Assembly (NCBI GenBank): GCA_963840455.1
Contig: CAWIYV010000010.1
Coordinates: 448,001 to 512,000, forward strand
DNA length: 64,000 nucleotides
Source of the DNA: Nitrospirota bacterium
GTDB lineage: Bacteria; Nitrospirota; UBA9217
Direction: 5' to 3'
Position 1 is the stretch's first letter; each line of letters begins with the position of its first letter. Shown here piece by piece: positions 1 to 10,419 of the stretch. The notes under the pieces were generated by a model. The model saw only the letters and a list, made by a program, of their open reading frames with translations. It was not told the DNA's origin and did no database searches. The translations under genes were made by a program, and so were the position numbers.

Positions 1-85
1 GGAATGCCGGTCGGTCCTTCAAGGCTTCTTTGAGAAGCTGAGAACATGATGATGCATCGCAGGGAAGCATTATCCGGTTTCATCG

Positions 86-175
86 GGAGAGGTGGCCGAG
101 CGGCTGAAGGCGGCAGTCTCGAAAACTGTTGTGGGGGTAACTCCACCGGGGGTTCAAATCCCCCCCTCTCCGCCA
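86..175 (+). tRNA. tRNA-Ser(CGA)
   Basis: GGAGAGG...CCTCTCC-G-CCA acceptor stem, anticodon arm GCAGT-CT CGA AA-ACTGT, long variable arm, GGTTCAAATCC T-loop. Confidence 0.96.
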
Positions 176-269
176 GTAAAAGAGAAGTGCAGAGTACCGA
201 GTAAAATAAGCGTCAAGATGTGAGGCTTTGCTCTGAACTCTACACTGTGTCCTTTGTCCTGAAGTCAAC

Positions 270-357
270 GGAGAGGTGGCCGAGCGGCTGAAGGCGCACG
301 CTTGGAAAGCGTGTTTAGGGAAACCTAACGTGGGTTCAAATCCCACCCTCTCCGCCA
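270..357 (+). tRNA. tRNA-Ser(GGA)
   Basis: Same acceptor stem, anticodon arm CACGC-TT GGA AA-GCGTG, long variable arm, encoded CCA. Confidence 0.96.
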
Positions 358-365
358 TATTACGT

Positions 366-432
366 ATTGCGGATTTTGGAATGCAGATTGCGGAATGAAA
401 ATCCGAAATCTGAAATCTACAATTCGAAATTG
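366..432. repeat. Degenerate heptamer repeats (ATTGCGG / AATCCGA type) forming an imperfect hairpin
   Basis: attgcgg attttgg aatgcag attgcgg ... aatccga aatctga aatctac aattcga; a similar tract lies at 3476-3541. Confidence 0.6.
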
Positions 433-438
433 AAACGC

Positions 439-550
439 GCTCATGGGCCCGGGTCCTGCGCAACCACGTCCTGTGAACCCCGTCAGGTCCGGAAGGAAGC
501 AGCGGTAAGCGGGAGCCGGGTGTGCCGCAGGGAAACCCGGGAACATGAGC
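439..550 (+). ncRNA. ffs: Signal recognition particle 4.5S RNA
   Basis: Conserved core TCAGGTCCGGAAGGAAGCAGC, GCTCATG/CATGAGC closing stem followed by a T-run, typical position upstream of dnaX. Confidence 0.95.
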
Positions 551-605
551 TTTTTTTTCGCCGTCAGCGAGCGGGAGTTCATTGCAGAGAGCGTCGTGAG
601 GGACC

Positions 606-2213
606 ATGAGCTACCAGGTGTTTGCACGTAAATGGCGGCCGCAGGTGTTCGAAGACGTGATCGGCCAGGGCCATATCACGCGAACGCTGCAGAACGCCAT
701 TGCCACGAACCGCCTGGCCCACGCGTTCCTTTTCTCCGGTCCCCGGGGCGTCGGAAAGACCACGACAGCGCGCATTCTCGCCAAGGCCCTGAATTGCAAG
801 GAGGGGCCGACCCCCACGCCGTGCGGCAAGTGTGATTCCTGCCTGGAGACCGCGGCAGGAACGTCCGTCGATGTCATCGAGATCGACGGCGCCTCGAACC
901 GCGGCATTGAGCACATTCGTGAGCTCCGTGAGACCGTGAAGTACGCGCCCGTCGGCGGAAAGAACAAGGTCTACGTGATCGACGAGGTCCACATGCTCAC
1001 GAACGAGGCGTTCAATGCGCTCCTCAAGACCCTCGAAGAGCCGCCGCCGCACGTCATCTTCATCTTCGCGACCACGGAACCCCAGAAGATCCCGGCAACC
1101 ATTCATTCCCGCTGCCAGCGCTACAGCTTCAAGCGGATCGCGCTTCATGAGATCGCCGCAAAGCTCCGGGAGATCACGGACAAGGAGGGTATCAAGGTCA
1201 GCGACCAGGGCCTGGCGATGATCGCCCGGGCCGCTGAGGGCAGCATGCGGGACTCCCAGAGCCTCCTTGACCAGGCCGTGTCCTACAGCGGCATGGAGAT
1301 CAGGAACGAGGACCTCCAGGCGATCCTCGGCGCGATCGGCCAGGAAACCCTGCGCTCCTTGGCAGACGGGCTCCTTGCCCGGGATTCCGCCGGACTGCTC
1401 AAGCAGATCGATTCGCTCCTGGAGCAGGGCCAGGACCTGCGGCAGCTTACGGCAGGGGTGGTGGAGCATATCAGGAACCTGATCGTTTCGCTGATCGCGA
1501 AGGAACCTGGAAAGATCGTCGAATTGCCGGCAGCGGACCTGGATGCGCTGAAACAACAGGCAGCAGGGACCGATGCAGAGCGGCTCATCATGCTGTTCGA
1601 CAGCCTGTCCCGGACGCTCGATGAGATGCGATGGTCGCCCCATCAGCGCTTCACCCTCGAGGTTGGACTGGTGAAGGCGTGCAGTCTGGCCCCGTTGAGA
1701 CCGCTTGGGGAGGTCCTTGAGCGGATGAGAGCGCTTGAAGCGAGGCTAGGTACGGGCGGCAAGAGCGTCGACTCCCGTAGCGAAGCGGTCCGCGAGCGCG
1801 CTTCCGGCTACGCGGCATCCCATCCGGTGCCGGCTCCAGGCGCCGGCCACAGCGACTCCTGGGGAAAGATCCTGGCGGCGCTCAAACAGAGGAAGCCGAA
1901 CCTCGGCTCGGCCCTTCAGAACAGCAGGGTCGTGGAGAGCACGGATGAGGCACTGGTAATCGGGATCAAGGGGTCTTCGTTCCAGGTGGAGCTCGCGGAC
2001 AAGAAGGAAAGCCGCGACATGATCGAGCAGCTTGCGGCCGAGGTCCTGGGAAAGCGCGTTCAGATAACCTTCCGGCTTCTGGCCACTGAAACCAAGCCTG
2101 AGCCCAAGTCTGCTGTGTCGAAGAAAACCTCTTCTGGAGAGCAGGACCCGTTCGTACAGGAAGCACTCAGCATCTTTAAGGGAAAGATCGTCGAACCCGA
2201 GAGCCAGGAATAA
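606..2213 (+). CDS. dnaX: DNA polymerase III subunit gamma/tau
   Basis: MSYQVFARKWRPQ start, Walker A GPRGVGKTT, Zn motif CGKCDSC, DEVHML, SRC motif. Confidence 0.98.
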   Translation: MSYQVFARKWRPQVFEDVIGQGHITRTLQNAIATNRLAHAFLFSGPRGVGKTTTARILAKALNCKEGPTPTPCGKCDSCLETAAGTSVDVIEIDGASNRGIEHIRELRETVKYAPVGGKNKVYVIDEVHMLTNEAFNALLKTLEEPPPHVIFIFATTEPQKIPATIHSRCQRYSFKRIALHEIAAKLREITDKEGIKVSDQGLAMIARAAEGSMRDSQSLLDQAVSYSGMEIRNEDLQAILGAIGQETLRSLADGLLARDSAGLLKQIDSLLEQGQDLRQLTAGVVEHIRNLIVSLIAKEPGKIVELPAADLDALKQQAAGTDAERLIMLFDSLSRTLDEMRWSPHQRFTLEVGLVKACSLAPLRPLGEVLERMRALEARLGTGGKSVDSRSEAVRERASGYAASHPVPAPGAGHSDSWGKILAALKQRKPNLGSALQNSRVVESTDEALVIGIKGSSFQVELADKKESRDMIEQLAAEVLGKRVQITFRLLATETKPEPKSAVSKKTSSGEQDPFVQEALSIFKGKIVEPESQE

Positions 2214-2435
2214 GGCGCCCGGGAACGCAACCCGGCCATTTATTTTTCTTATATCGCCATAATCCGCCCGTTTTCTCTTGCAAAAGAACCCGGATTTTTT
2301 TACTATAGTATTCCTTTTGCCCCGCTATTGGCAGAGCGTCAGCGACTTGCCGGAAGCAGAGGAGATCTTCCCGTGGGCGAGCGGCCATCATGGCTGCGGT
2401 AAACGGATGTTTTCATTCCAAGGGAGCTTAACGCT

Positions 2436-2756
2436 ATGTCCAAGAACCTTCTGAATAATTTGATGAAACAAGCGCAGCAGATGCAGGAGCAGGTGAAGAA
2501 GCTCCAGGCAGAGGCCGGGAACAAGACCGTCGAGGCTTCCTCCGGCGGCGGCATGGTGACGGTAGTCGTCAATGGACGTCAGGAAGTGCTTTCCATCAAG
2601 ATCGACCGGTCGGTGGTCGATCCGAACGACATCGACATGCTCCAGGACCTGGTTGCAGCTGCCGTGAACGAGGCGCTCCGCAAGTCCCAGGAGCTCATGA
2701 AGGATGAGATGGGCCGGCTGACCGCTGGCATGGGACTCCCGCCGGGACTGCTTTAG
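2436..2756 (+). CDS. ybaB: YbaB/EbfC nucleoid-associated protein
   Basis: MKQAQQMQ, SGGGMVTV, DMLQDLVAAAVNEA; located between dnaX and recR. Confidence 0.95.
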   Translation: MSKNLLNNLMKQAQQMQEQVKKLQAEAGNKTVEASSGGGMVTVVVNGRQEVLSIKIDRSVVDPNDIDMLQDLVAAAVNEALRKSQELMKDEMGRLTAGMGLPPGLL

Positions 2757-3473
2757 GTGACCATGGGAAGGGAGCCGAACGGACAGGACAGGACAACGGC
2801 GGTGAAGGAACACGATGCCTCGTCACCGGAGCCTTTGCGTACGAAAAAGCGTGAAAAGGCCGGGGACCAGGACGGGAAGATCTCCGGCAAGGCCCTGGGA
2901 CGGACCGTAGAAGCGTTCATGCGGCTCCCGGGCATCGGCAGGAAGAGTGCGGAGCGTCTCGCATTCGCAGTGCTCGGCATGCCGAAGGAAGAGGCTGCAG
3001 GCATCGCCCAGGCGATCGTGGACCTGAAAAACAGCAGCCGCTACTGTTCGGAATGCAACAACATCACCGAGGAAGAGATCTGCGGCATCTGCCGCGATGA
3101 GAAGCGGGACCGCACCGTGATCTGCGTGGTCGAAGAGCCCAGCAACATCCTGGTCCTCGAAAAGACCGGCACCTTCCGCGGACGGTACCACGCGCTGCTG
3201 GGAGCGCTCTCTCCCCTCGACGGTATCGGTCCGGAGGACCTGAAGATCGACGGCCTCATGCAGCGGCTCAAGGTTGGCGGAGTGAACGAGGTCATCATTG
3301 CCACGAACCCAACGGTAAAGGGCGAGACAACGGCGATGTACCTTGCGAAGCTCATCAAGCCCCTTGGCATCAGCGTCAGTCGCATTGCCTACGGGCTTCC
3401 GGTCGGCGGCGACATCGAATACGCCGATGAGAACACGGTCCAGCGGGCGCTCCAGGGAAGACGGGAAATGTAA
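2757..3473 (+). CDS. recR: Recombination mediator RecR (start uncertain; apparent N-terminal extension)
   Basis: LPGIGRKSAERLA HhH, C4 zinc finger CSEC...CGIC, Toprim ICVVE, GLPVGGDIEYAD. Confidence 0.95.
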   Translation: MTMGREPNGQDRTTAVKEHDASSPEPLRTKKREKAGDQDGKISGKALGRTVEAFMRLPGIGRKSAERLAFAVLGMPKEEAAGIAQAIVDLKNSSRYCSECNNITEEEICGICRDEKRDRTVICVVEEPSNILVLEKTGTFRGRYHALLGALSPLDGIGPEDLKIDGLMQRLKVGGVNEVIIATNPTVKGETTAMYLAKLIKPLGISVSRIAYGLPVGGDIEYADENTVQRALQGRREM

Positions 3474-3556
3474 ATAATTGCGGATCTCGGATTTTTATTT
3501 CGGATTGATAAATCCGCATTGCGCAATCTCAATCAGCAATTGAGTGGGAGGTTACC

Positions 3557-4132
3557 ATGGCAGAAATGATCGAGATAAGATGGCATGGACGGGGAGGGCA
3601 GGGGACCGTCACCGCGGCCAAGGTGCTCGCGGACGCGTGCCTCTCCGGGGGCCGCAACGTGCAGGCCTTCCCGGAATACGGCCCGGAACGCGCAGGCGCC
3701 CCGCTCCGCGCCTATAACCGCATCAGCGATAAGGTCCTCCGGATGCACTGCCCGGTGCTGAATCCCGGCGTTGTATGCGTTGTGGACGCGACGCTGCTGG
3801 ACGCCATCAACGTCGCCGAAGGGGCGAAGGATGATGCTGTGTTCGTGGTCAACACGAGCAAGGACCCGAAAGAGGTCCGCGAGAAGCTGAAAGCAAAACC
3901 GTCCCAGAAGGTCTTCGCCGTGGATGCGACGAAGATCGCCATTGAAACCATCGGAAGACCCATGCCGAATTCGTCCATGCTCGGCGCGGTGAACAAGGCC
4001 ACGGCGATCGTGACCATGGAAGTGCTGCTCGATGATGTAAAGGGCAGTTTTGGAAAAAAGTTCGCCCAGAAGATCATCGACGGGAATCTCGCCGCCGTGA
4101 AGCGCGGGTACGAGGAGGTAAAGCAGGGATGA
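3557..4132 (+). CDS. porC: Pyruvate/2-oxoacid:ferredoxin oxidoreductase gamma subunit
   Basis: IEIRWHGRGGQG, FPEYGPERAGAP, PNSSMLGA. Confidence 0.93.
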   Translation: MAEMIEIRWHGRGGQGTVTAAKVLADACLSGGRNVQAFPEYGPERAGAPLRAYNRISDKVLRMHCPVLNPGVVCVVDATLLDAINVAEGAKDDAVFVVNTSKDPKEVREKLKAKPSQKVFAVDATKIAIETIGRPMPNSSMLGAVNKATAIVTMEVLLDDVKGSFGKKFAQKIIDGNLAAVKRGYEEVKQG

Positions 4133-4422
4133 AACAGATGAAATGGAACGAGCTGCCCCACGCCGGGACGATCCTGAAGGCCGGCAATGCGAACGAATAC
4201 AAGACCGGATCGTGGCGCACCTATAAGCCGCGATGGATCGAAGAGAACTGCATCCAGTGCCTCTTCTGCTGGATCTACTGCCCCGACTCGGCGGTCATGA
4301 CGAAGGACGAGAAGATGACCGGCTTCGATTACGATCACTGCAAAGGCTGCGGCGTCTGCGCCATGGAATGCCCCGGGAAAAAAGGCAACAAGGCCATCGT
4401 CATGGAAGAGGAGGGCAAATAA
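4129..4422 (+). CDS. porD: Pyruvate/2-oxoacid:ferredoxin oxidoreductase delta subunit (2x[4Fe-4S])
   Basis: TGSWR, CIQCLFCWIYCP and CKGCGVCAMECP. Confidence 0.94.
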   Translation: MKQMKWNELPHAGTILKAGNANEYKTGSWRTYKPRWIEENCIQCLFCWIYCPDSAVMTKDEKMTGFDYDHCKGCGVCAMECPGKKGNKAIVMEEEGK

Positions 4423-4423
4423 C

Positions 4424-5612
4424 ATGGCTATAACCTCAACGAAGACCGTTGCCGTCACCGGCAACCAGGCGGTGGCCGAGGCGCTCCGTCAGCTGAATCC
4501 CGACGTGATGCCCGCCTATCCTATCACGCCGTCGACGGGCATCATGGAATCGTTCACCTCGTTCGTCTCGAACGGCAAGGTAGACACCGAGATGATCCTG
4601 GTGGAGAGCGAACACAGCGCCATGAGCGCCGGGATCGGCGCAGCGGCGGCAGGCGGCCGGGTGGCGACGGCCACCAGCGCCCAGGGCCTCGCGCTCATGT
4701 GGGAGATGCTGCACATCGCCTCGGGCTACCGCCTGCCGATCCTGATGGCGCTCGTGAACCGCGCACTGTCCGCGCCGCTCAATATCCACGGCGACCACTC
4801 CGACGGCATGGGCATGCGCGACTGCGGCTGGATCCAGCTGTTCTCCGAGAACGCCCAGGAGGCCTATGACAACACGATCATGGCCTACCGCATCGCCGAG
4901 CACAGGGACGTGCGCCTGCCCATCGCGGTCAACATGGACGGGTTCATCATCAGCCACTCCATCGAGAGCATGCAGTACATCGCCGACGCCGACGTGAAAA
5001 AGTTCGTCGGTGAGTACATCGCCGTCGATCCGCTCCTCGATATCGACAATCCCAAGAGCATCGGCGCCCTGGTGCTGACGGACTATTATATGGAGCACAA
5101 GCGCGCCCAGCACCAGGCCATGATCAACGCGAAGAAGGTCATCCAGGACGTTTCTACGGAGTTCGCGAAGCTCTTCGGCAGGAAATACGAGATGTTCGAA
5201 ACGTACCGGCTCGAAGACGCCGACGTCGTCCTGGTCGCCCTCAACTCGGCCGCCGGCACGATCAAGGACGAGGTGGACCGCTACCGCGAGAAAGGCGTCA
5301 AGGCCGGCCTGCTGAAGCCCCGGGTCTTCCGCCCCTTCCCGTACGAAGAGGTGCGGGCAGGCGCTCAGGAACGCCAAGGCTATCTGCATCATGGACCGGG
5401 CGGACTCTTACGGCGGGTTCGGCCCACTCTTCATGGAGATCGCGTCGGCTGTCGCGCCGCTCAAGGGCCCCGTGCTGTTCAACAAGATCTACGGCCTCGG
5501 CGGCAGGGACCTGATGCCGCTCGATGTGGACCAGGTGATCGACGAGACCATCGAGGTCGCGAAGACCGGCAAGGCGAAGATGCTGAAGGATTATCTGTCG
5601 GTCAGGAGCTAA
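4424..5612 (+). CDS. porA: Pyruvate/2-oxoacid:ferredoxin oxidoreductase alpha subunit, with a +1 frameshift near 5356
   Basis: AYPITPST, ESEHSAMS, ATSAQGLALM. Removing one G from GTGCGGGCAG restores ...EEVRQALRNAKAICIMDR...IYGLGGRD, ending at TAA 5612. Confidence 0.9.
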
Positions 5613-5714
5613 TACGAACGTGTCAACTACGGAGACCATTCGACAGGCTCATGGTAGAGAGCACGGTCGAACGACACAGGGACACGGAGAATACGTGACC
5701 TGTCCAAGGAGAAG

Positions 5715-6680
5715 ATGATAATGAGCGCACCGACTGAAGCAAAACCCATGACCCTGAAATCCCTGACGCACAAGAAAGACAACCTTTCCGGCGGGCACCG
5801 CATGTGCTCCGGCTGCGGCGCCCCGACCATCGTGCGCCAGGTGCTTCTGGCCGCCGACGAGCCGGTGGTCATCGCGAACGCCACGGGCTGCCTCGAGGTC
5901 TCGACCTGCCTCTTCCCGTACACGGCGTGGAAGGTGCCGTGGATGCACAGCGCCTTCGAGAATGCCGCGGCCACGGCTTCGGGCATCGAGACCATGTACC
6001 GGTCGCTCCGGAAGCAGGGGAAGCTCAAGAAGGAAATGAAGTTCATCGCCTTCGGCGGCGACGGCGGTACCTATGATATCGGGTTCCAGGCACTTTCCGG
6101 CGCCATGGAGCGGGGCCACCAGCTGCTCTATATTTGCTACGACAACGGCGCGTACATGAACACGGGCATCCAGCGTTCGAGCGCCACACCTTTCGGCGCG
6201 GACACGACCACCCAGCCGGTGGGCTCCCAGGTCCAGGGCAAGACACAGCGCAGGAAGGACCTCACGCGCATCATGGCGGCCCATAACGTGGCCTACGCCG
6301 CCCAGGCCTCGCCCCACAACTGGAAGGACCTGATGACCAAGGTCAAGAAGGCGCTGGCCACGAACGGTCCCGCTTACCTGGGCGTCGTGGCCCCCTGCAA
6401 CCGCGGCTGGCGCACCCAGACCAACGACTCCATCCTGCTCTCCCGGCTGGCCGTGGACACCTGCTACTGGCCTCTCTACGAGGTCGAGGCTGGAAAGTGG
6501 ACCATCAACTACGACCCCAAGGAACGGAAACGGCCGATCACCGAGTGGCTTAAGCCCCAGGGAAGGTTCAAGCATCTGTTCGCGCCGGGCAACGAGGGGA
6601 TGCTCGAGAAATTCCAGAAGCTCGTGGACGACGACTGGGAAAGCCTCCAGAAGATGGCGGGAGCGTTCGGGAAAAAATAG
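5715..6680 (+). CDS. porB: Pyruvate/2-oxoacid:ferredoxin oxidoreductase beta subunit (TPP-binding)
   Basis: GHRMCSGCG, ATGCLEV, TPP motif GGDGGTYDIG...YDNGAYMNTG. Confidence 0.94.
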   Translation: MIMSAPTEAKPMTLKSLTHKKDNLSGGHRMCSGCGAPTIVRQVLLAADEPVVIANATGCLEVSTCLFPYTAWKVPWMHSAFENAAATASGIETMYRSLRKQGKLKKEMKFIAFGGDGGTYDIGFQALSGAMERGHQLLYICYDNGAYMNTGIQRSSATPFGADTTTQPVGSQVQGKTQRRKDLTRIMAAHNVAYAAQASPHNWKDLMTKVKKALATNGPAYLGVVAPCNRGWRTQTNDSILLSRLAVDTCYWPLYEVEAGKWTINYDPKERKRPITEWLKPQGRFKHLFAPGNEGMLEKFQKLVDDDWESLQKMAGAFGKK

Positions 6681-6756
6681 CTCGGACAGTTCAAGGCAGC
6701 ATCTACGCAGCCGGGAGTTGTTGACCCGGCTGTGTTCGTTTCCCGGCCGACCAGCA

Positions 6757-6916
6757 TTGAAGCTCCCTGCAGCAAGCTGCAGGGAATCTTCGATCCTCCA
6801 GGAACTTTTATTATTCTAATCGCTCGCTAATCCCCTGCACTCGCGGTTCCCCTCGTAAACGCTGGGGGCAAGACCCTGCAGCAAACTACGGGGAATGCGC
6901 CCGCTCCTGCATTCAA
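6757..6916 (+). mobile_element. Non-autonomous palindromic miniature element, copy 1 (with ~40-bp internal insertion)
   Basis: TTGAA...TTCAA ends and hairpin CCCTGCAGCAAGCTGCAGGG; reverse complement of the copies at 9036 and 59090. Confidence 0.75.
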
Positions 6917-7008
6917 AAAAACCCTTGAAATCTCGTCATTACTGTGGTTAAATAGCACTCTATATCGGGCAAAACGGCTTTTTTTCAACAGTTACGAGGA
7001 GATAAGCG

Positions 7009-7503
7009 ATGATCGGTTCCGATCTGGTGATGTACGACGAGGAGTTCAAGCTCATTGATGCCGAGCTGCAGCGGCTCCTGGCGCAGTCCAATGCAAAGGT
7101 CGTGTTCCTGGTCGACAAGAACGGTCAATTGATCGCCGCCACCGGCGAAACAGAGAATCTGGACACCACTTCGCTCGCCTCCCTCACCGCAGGCAACATC
7201 GCCGCGACCGGCGGCATGGCCAAGCTCCTCGGGGAAAAAGAGTTCTCCATCCTTTTTCACGAAGGCCAGCGCGACAACATCCACATTTCCATCATCGGCC
7301 AGCGCGTCATTCTCGTGGTGATCTTCGACCAGCGCTCGTCCCTTGGGCTCGTGCGGCTTAGGGTCAAGAAAAGCGCCGAAATCCTGGGGAACATCTTCAA
7401 CCAGCTCCTCCAGAAGGTCGAATCCGGAAAGGGCCCGGCCAAGGGCGCCGACTCACCGTTCGCCGAGATCACCGACGAAGACATCGACAAGCTCTTTGGA
7501 TAA
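7009..7503 (+). CDS. mglB: Roadblock/LC7 GTPase-activating protein MglB
   Basis: [53 protein letters not shown]. Confidence 0.95.
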   Translation: MIGSDLVMYDEEFKLIDAELQRLLAQSNAKVVFLVDKNGQLIAATGETENLDTTSLASLTAGNIAATGGMAKLLGEKEFSILFHEGQRDNIHISIIGQRVILVVIFDQRSSLGLVRLRVKKSAEILGNIFNQLLQKVESGKGPAKGADSPFAEITDEDIDKLFG

Positions 7504-7541
7504 CCCGGCCGCGAACGTGCCAGGAGAGGAATTACCGTACT

Positions 7542-8138
7542 ATGTCGTTCATTAATTATTCATCGCGCGAGATCAATTGCAAGATCGTCTACTACGGCCC
7601 TGGCCTCTGCGGAAAGACGACGAACCTGCATTACATCTACAAGAAAACGAATCCCGACAGCAAGGGGAAGATGATCTCGCTCGCCACCGAGACGGAGCGG
7701 ACGCTCTTCTTCGATTTCCTGCCGCTCGCCTTAGGCGAGATCCGGGGCTTTAAGACCCGGTTCCACCTCTATACGGTGCCCGGCCAGGTGTTCTATGATG
7801 CGAGCCGCAAGCTCATCCTGAAGGGCGTGGACGGCGTTGTCTTCGTCGCCGACTCCCAGGTGGAGCGCATGGAGGCGAACGTCGAGAGCGTCGAGAATCT
7901 CCGGATCAACCTGGCCGAGCAGGGCTACAACCTCGATGCCATTCCCTACGTTATCCAGTACAATAAGCGGGACCTGCCGAACGTGGTTCCCGTGGCCGAG
8001 ATGAAGAAGGCTCTGAATCCCCGCGGCGTGCCGGACTTCGAGTCCGTGGCCTCGGAAGGCGGCGGCGTGTTCGACACGCTCAAGTCCATCGCCAAGCTGG
8101 TCATCATGGAGCTGAAGAAAGGCCAGGAGGGCGGGTAG
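7542..8138 (+). CDS. mglA: Small Ras-like GTPase MglA
   Basis: [41 protein letters not shown]. Confidence 0.97.
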   Translation: MSFINYSSREINCKIVYYGPGLCGKTTNLHYIYKKTNPDSKGKMISLATETERTLFFDFLPLALGEIRGFKTRFHLYTVPGQVFYDASRKLILKGVDGVVFVADSQVERMEANVESVENLRINLAEQGYNLDAIPYVIQYNKRDLPNVVPVAEMKKALNPRGVPDFESVASEGGGVFDTLKSIAKLVIMELKKGQEGG

Positions 8139-8235
8139 GAGAACAGGACACGGAACGAAATAACCCGTTGACAGGACTGGCGTTCTATGGTAATTTGCCG
8201 GCCTGCAATCGGCACCTTTCCAGCAAAAAACATAT

Positions 8236-8311
8236 TCCCGGATAGCTCAGTCGGTAGAGCGGGTGGCTGTTAACCACCATGCCGCAGGTTCGAGTCCTGC
8301 TCCGGGAGCCA
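8236..8311 (+). tRNA. tRNA-Asn(GTT)
   Basis: TCCCGGA/TCCGGGA acceptor stem, GGTGG-CT GTT AA-CCACC anticodon arm, GGTTCGAGTCC, CCA. Confidence 0.96.
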
Positions 8312-8318
8312 GTTCGAT

Positions 8319-8350
8319 GCGCCCTGCCTCTTAACTAGAGGCAGGGCTTA
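8319..8350 (+). terminator. Hairpin/terminator downstream of tRNA-Asn
   Basis: GCCCTGCCTCT-TAACT-AGAGGCAGGGC followed by TTATT. Confidence 0.6.
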
Positions 8351-8504
8351 TTCATGGCGAGCCTGTCGAAGCATATGTGGTGAACTGCATCGAACTATGA
8401 AAAAAGGGCGTGCATCGAACTGCCCTGAGCACAGTCGAATGGCCAATACAAAGCAGAATTTCTCCGAGAGAGGTTCTGCTTTTTATTGGGGAGCTTGCCT
8501 GGGT

Positions 8505-8560
8505 TATGCGGTGTATATTCTCCGCATGCAAAACAGCCGTTACTATGCGGGCCTGATCAA
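8505..8560 (+). pseudogene. GIY-YIG nuclease N-terminal remnant
   Basis: YAVYILRMQNSRYYAG resembles the YxVYIL..D.SYYTG start of small GIY-YIG proteins; no recognisable continuation. Confidence 0.45.
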
Positions 8561-9035
8561 GAGCCCTGCTCGTCGAGCGCAGACCTCATACCTTTCTACA
8601 CCGATCTCATCCTCAGGAAGCCTTGACCGACACCTTTTCAAACTGCAAGTTCCTCTGTCTGATATACTTTCGCCGGCTTTCGGTCAATAAAATAGCTTGC
8701 CGGGAATTTTCCTTCATGTTATTGTATTGACAGCGAAAAAGCGGCTGGATACACTTTTTTCAAACCACATAGGGCACGTGCAACCTCCCTTTCGCAATGA
8801 TAGCCATCAATAATAATATAGGTGATATTTCAGCATCGCATACAAAGATCGTCGCGCCTGAATTAAGGGCGTGATCGATCACCGCAGCGAAGCGTTGCTG
8901 CCTGTCTTCGATGTTTCAGATCAAGGAATGCGCAGGGCCCGGACAGCGGGCAGCAACCAGGACACACCTGTACGTGTTTGTGCTCGAGACGCCATCCCGG
9001 TAACAGGCATAACTGAGCAGGTCCGCACGAGGTCC

Positions 9036-9152
9036 TTGAATCCAGGAGCGAACGCATTCCCTGCATCCTGCTGCGGGATCAGCGAGCGATTAGGATGACG
9101 AGGCTCACTTGAGGGTCGAAGATTCCCTGCAGCTTGCTGCAAGGAGCTTCAA
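9036..9152 (-). mobile_element. Non-autonomous palindromic miniature element, copy 2
   Basis: TTGAATCCAGGAGCGA...GAAGATTCCCTGCAGCTTGCTGCAAGGAGCTTCAA; closely matches 59090-59207. Confidence 0.75.
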
Positions 9153-9366
9153 CACTCGGGATGGACGCTCGTTCCCTGCATGCGGCCGCCAAGGGAAGGT
9201 CATCAAGAGCTTCGAAATCGCCGGATCGAGCCTGCTGTTCTACGCAGATAGTCTGCGCCACAGCTTGCCTGCTGCAGCCTATCGATCATCACGAACTCCT
9301 GACGGCATGACCATTTGAGGATGTTGACACCCTTTGTGCGTCAGGGTATCATGACATCGATTTGCC

Positions 9367-10419
9367 ATGGCAAGACAGAATACACCATATCGAGACAGGT
9401 CCTTGACGGCATTCCCCGGGCTGTTGCATTCGCAGGGCAGCTCCGGTCCCCGAAGCAGGATTGCTCCTGCCTTCCGGGCCATTCGATCCATCCCTCCGCG
9501 CCCGCTCAGCATATATTTTTTTGCAGGACTGGTCTTCCTGAGCAGCATGCTCGTTGCCGGGTGCAACAAAGAACGTGCCGGGGCTTCCCGACCGCAACAA
9601 CAGCGGCAAACCCTTCACCTCGGGCTGGTGCCCGAACAGAGCATCTTCAAGCAGATCCATCGCTATGAGCCGCTTGCGGATTATCTCTCGCGGCAGATGA
9701 ACGTGAACGTCAGCCTCTCGGTCATGCCCGGCTATGACAAGGCCCTGAGCAGCTTTACGGCAAAGAAAATGGACGCGGCTTTTTTCGGAAGCATGACCTA
9801 TGTTCTCGCTCATGCCAGGCTCGGCGTGGAGCCCATAGCGCGACCGGTGAACCTGGACGGGACCTCGACCTATTATGGCGTGATGTTCGTTCGAAAAGAC
9901 AGCAACATCCGGTCGGTCCGGGAGATGAAGGGAAAGCGCCTGGCCTTGGTCGACAGGAACACGATGGCGGGATACCTCCTTCCCCTTGCGTATTTCAAAA
10001 AAGCGGGTGTCGATTATACGACCTATCTCAAGGAGTTCTATTTCTCCGGCACTCATGAGGATGTCATCCATGATGTTCTCGACCGCAAGGCCGACATCGG
10101 TGCGGCCAAGAGCACGGTATTGATGCGGCTCTCAACAGACGATGCCAGGGTAAAGAACGACCTTCTCATCCTGGCGCGAACCCCTCTCGTGCCCGAGAAC
10201 TGTCTTGCCGTGCGACGGGACCTCAGCGCGACCCTTAAAGACCGGCTCAAGTCCGTGCTGCTGAACATGGACAAAGACCAGGAGGGGATCCGAGTCCTGC
10301 AGGAATTCAAGATCCGCAAGTTCATTGAAACGAGTGACAGCGATTTTAACTCCGTCTACTTCTTCGCACGGGAGCTCGACATCGATCTGAAAGCCGGGTT
10401 CGATGCAACGGTACGATGA
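9367..10419 (+). CDS. PhnD/PtxB-family periplasmic binding protein, probable lipoprotein (start uncertain)
   Basis: LVAGC lipobox-like segment, LGLVPEQ, YEPLADYLS, TMAGYLLP, FSGTHEDV; stop overlaps the kinase start (ATGA). Confidence 0.85.
   Translation: MARQNTPYRDRSLTAFPGLLHSQGSSGPRSRIAPAFRAIRSIPPRPLSIYFFAGLVFLSSMLVAGCNKERAGASRPQQQRQTLHLGLVPEQSIFKQIHRYEPLADYLSRQMNVNVSLSVMPGYDKALSSFTAKKMDAAFFGSMTYVLAHARLGVEPIARPVNLDGTSTYYGVMFVRKDSNIRSVREMKGKRLALVDRNTMAGYLLPLAYFKKAGVDYTTYLKEFYFSGTHEDVIHDVLDRKADIGAAKSTVLMRLSTDDARVKNDLLILARTPLVPENCLAVRRDLSATLKDRLKSVLLNMDKDQEGIRVLQEFKIRKFIETSDSDFNSVYFFARELDIDLKAGFDATVR

Noticed and set aside
80-627. ORFs 80..607, 325..627 and 367..609
   Set aside because: They overlap two tRNAs and the SRP RNA; shadow frames
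5350-5360. Programmed ribosomal frameshift in porA
   Set aside because: No slippery heptamer or stimulatory structure; same extra-G signature as two other sites
8863-9318. Small ORFs around the miniature element
   Set aside because: They run through the palindromic repeat and show no recognisable family; possibly decayed sequence but unsupported
9367-10419. Phosphonate ABC transporter operon
   Set aside because: No phnC/phnE; the gene is coupled to a sensor kinase instead
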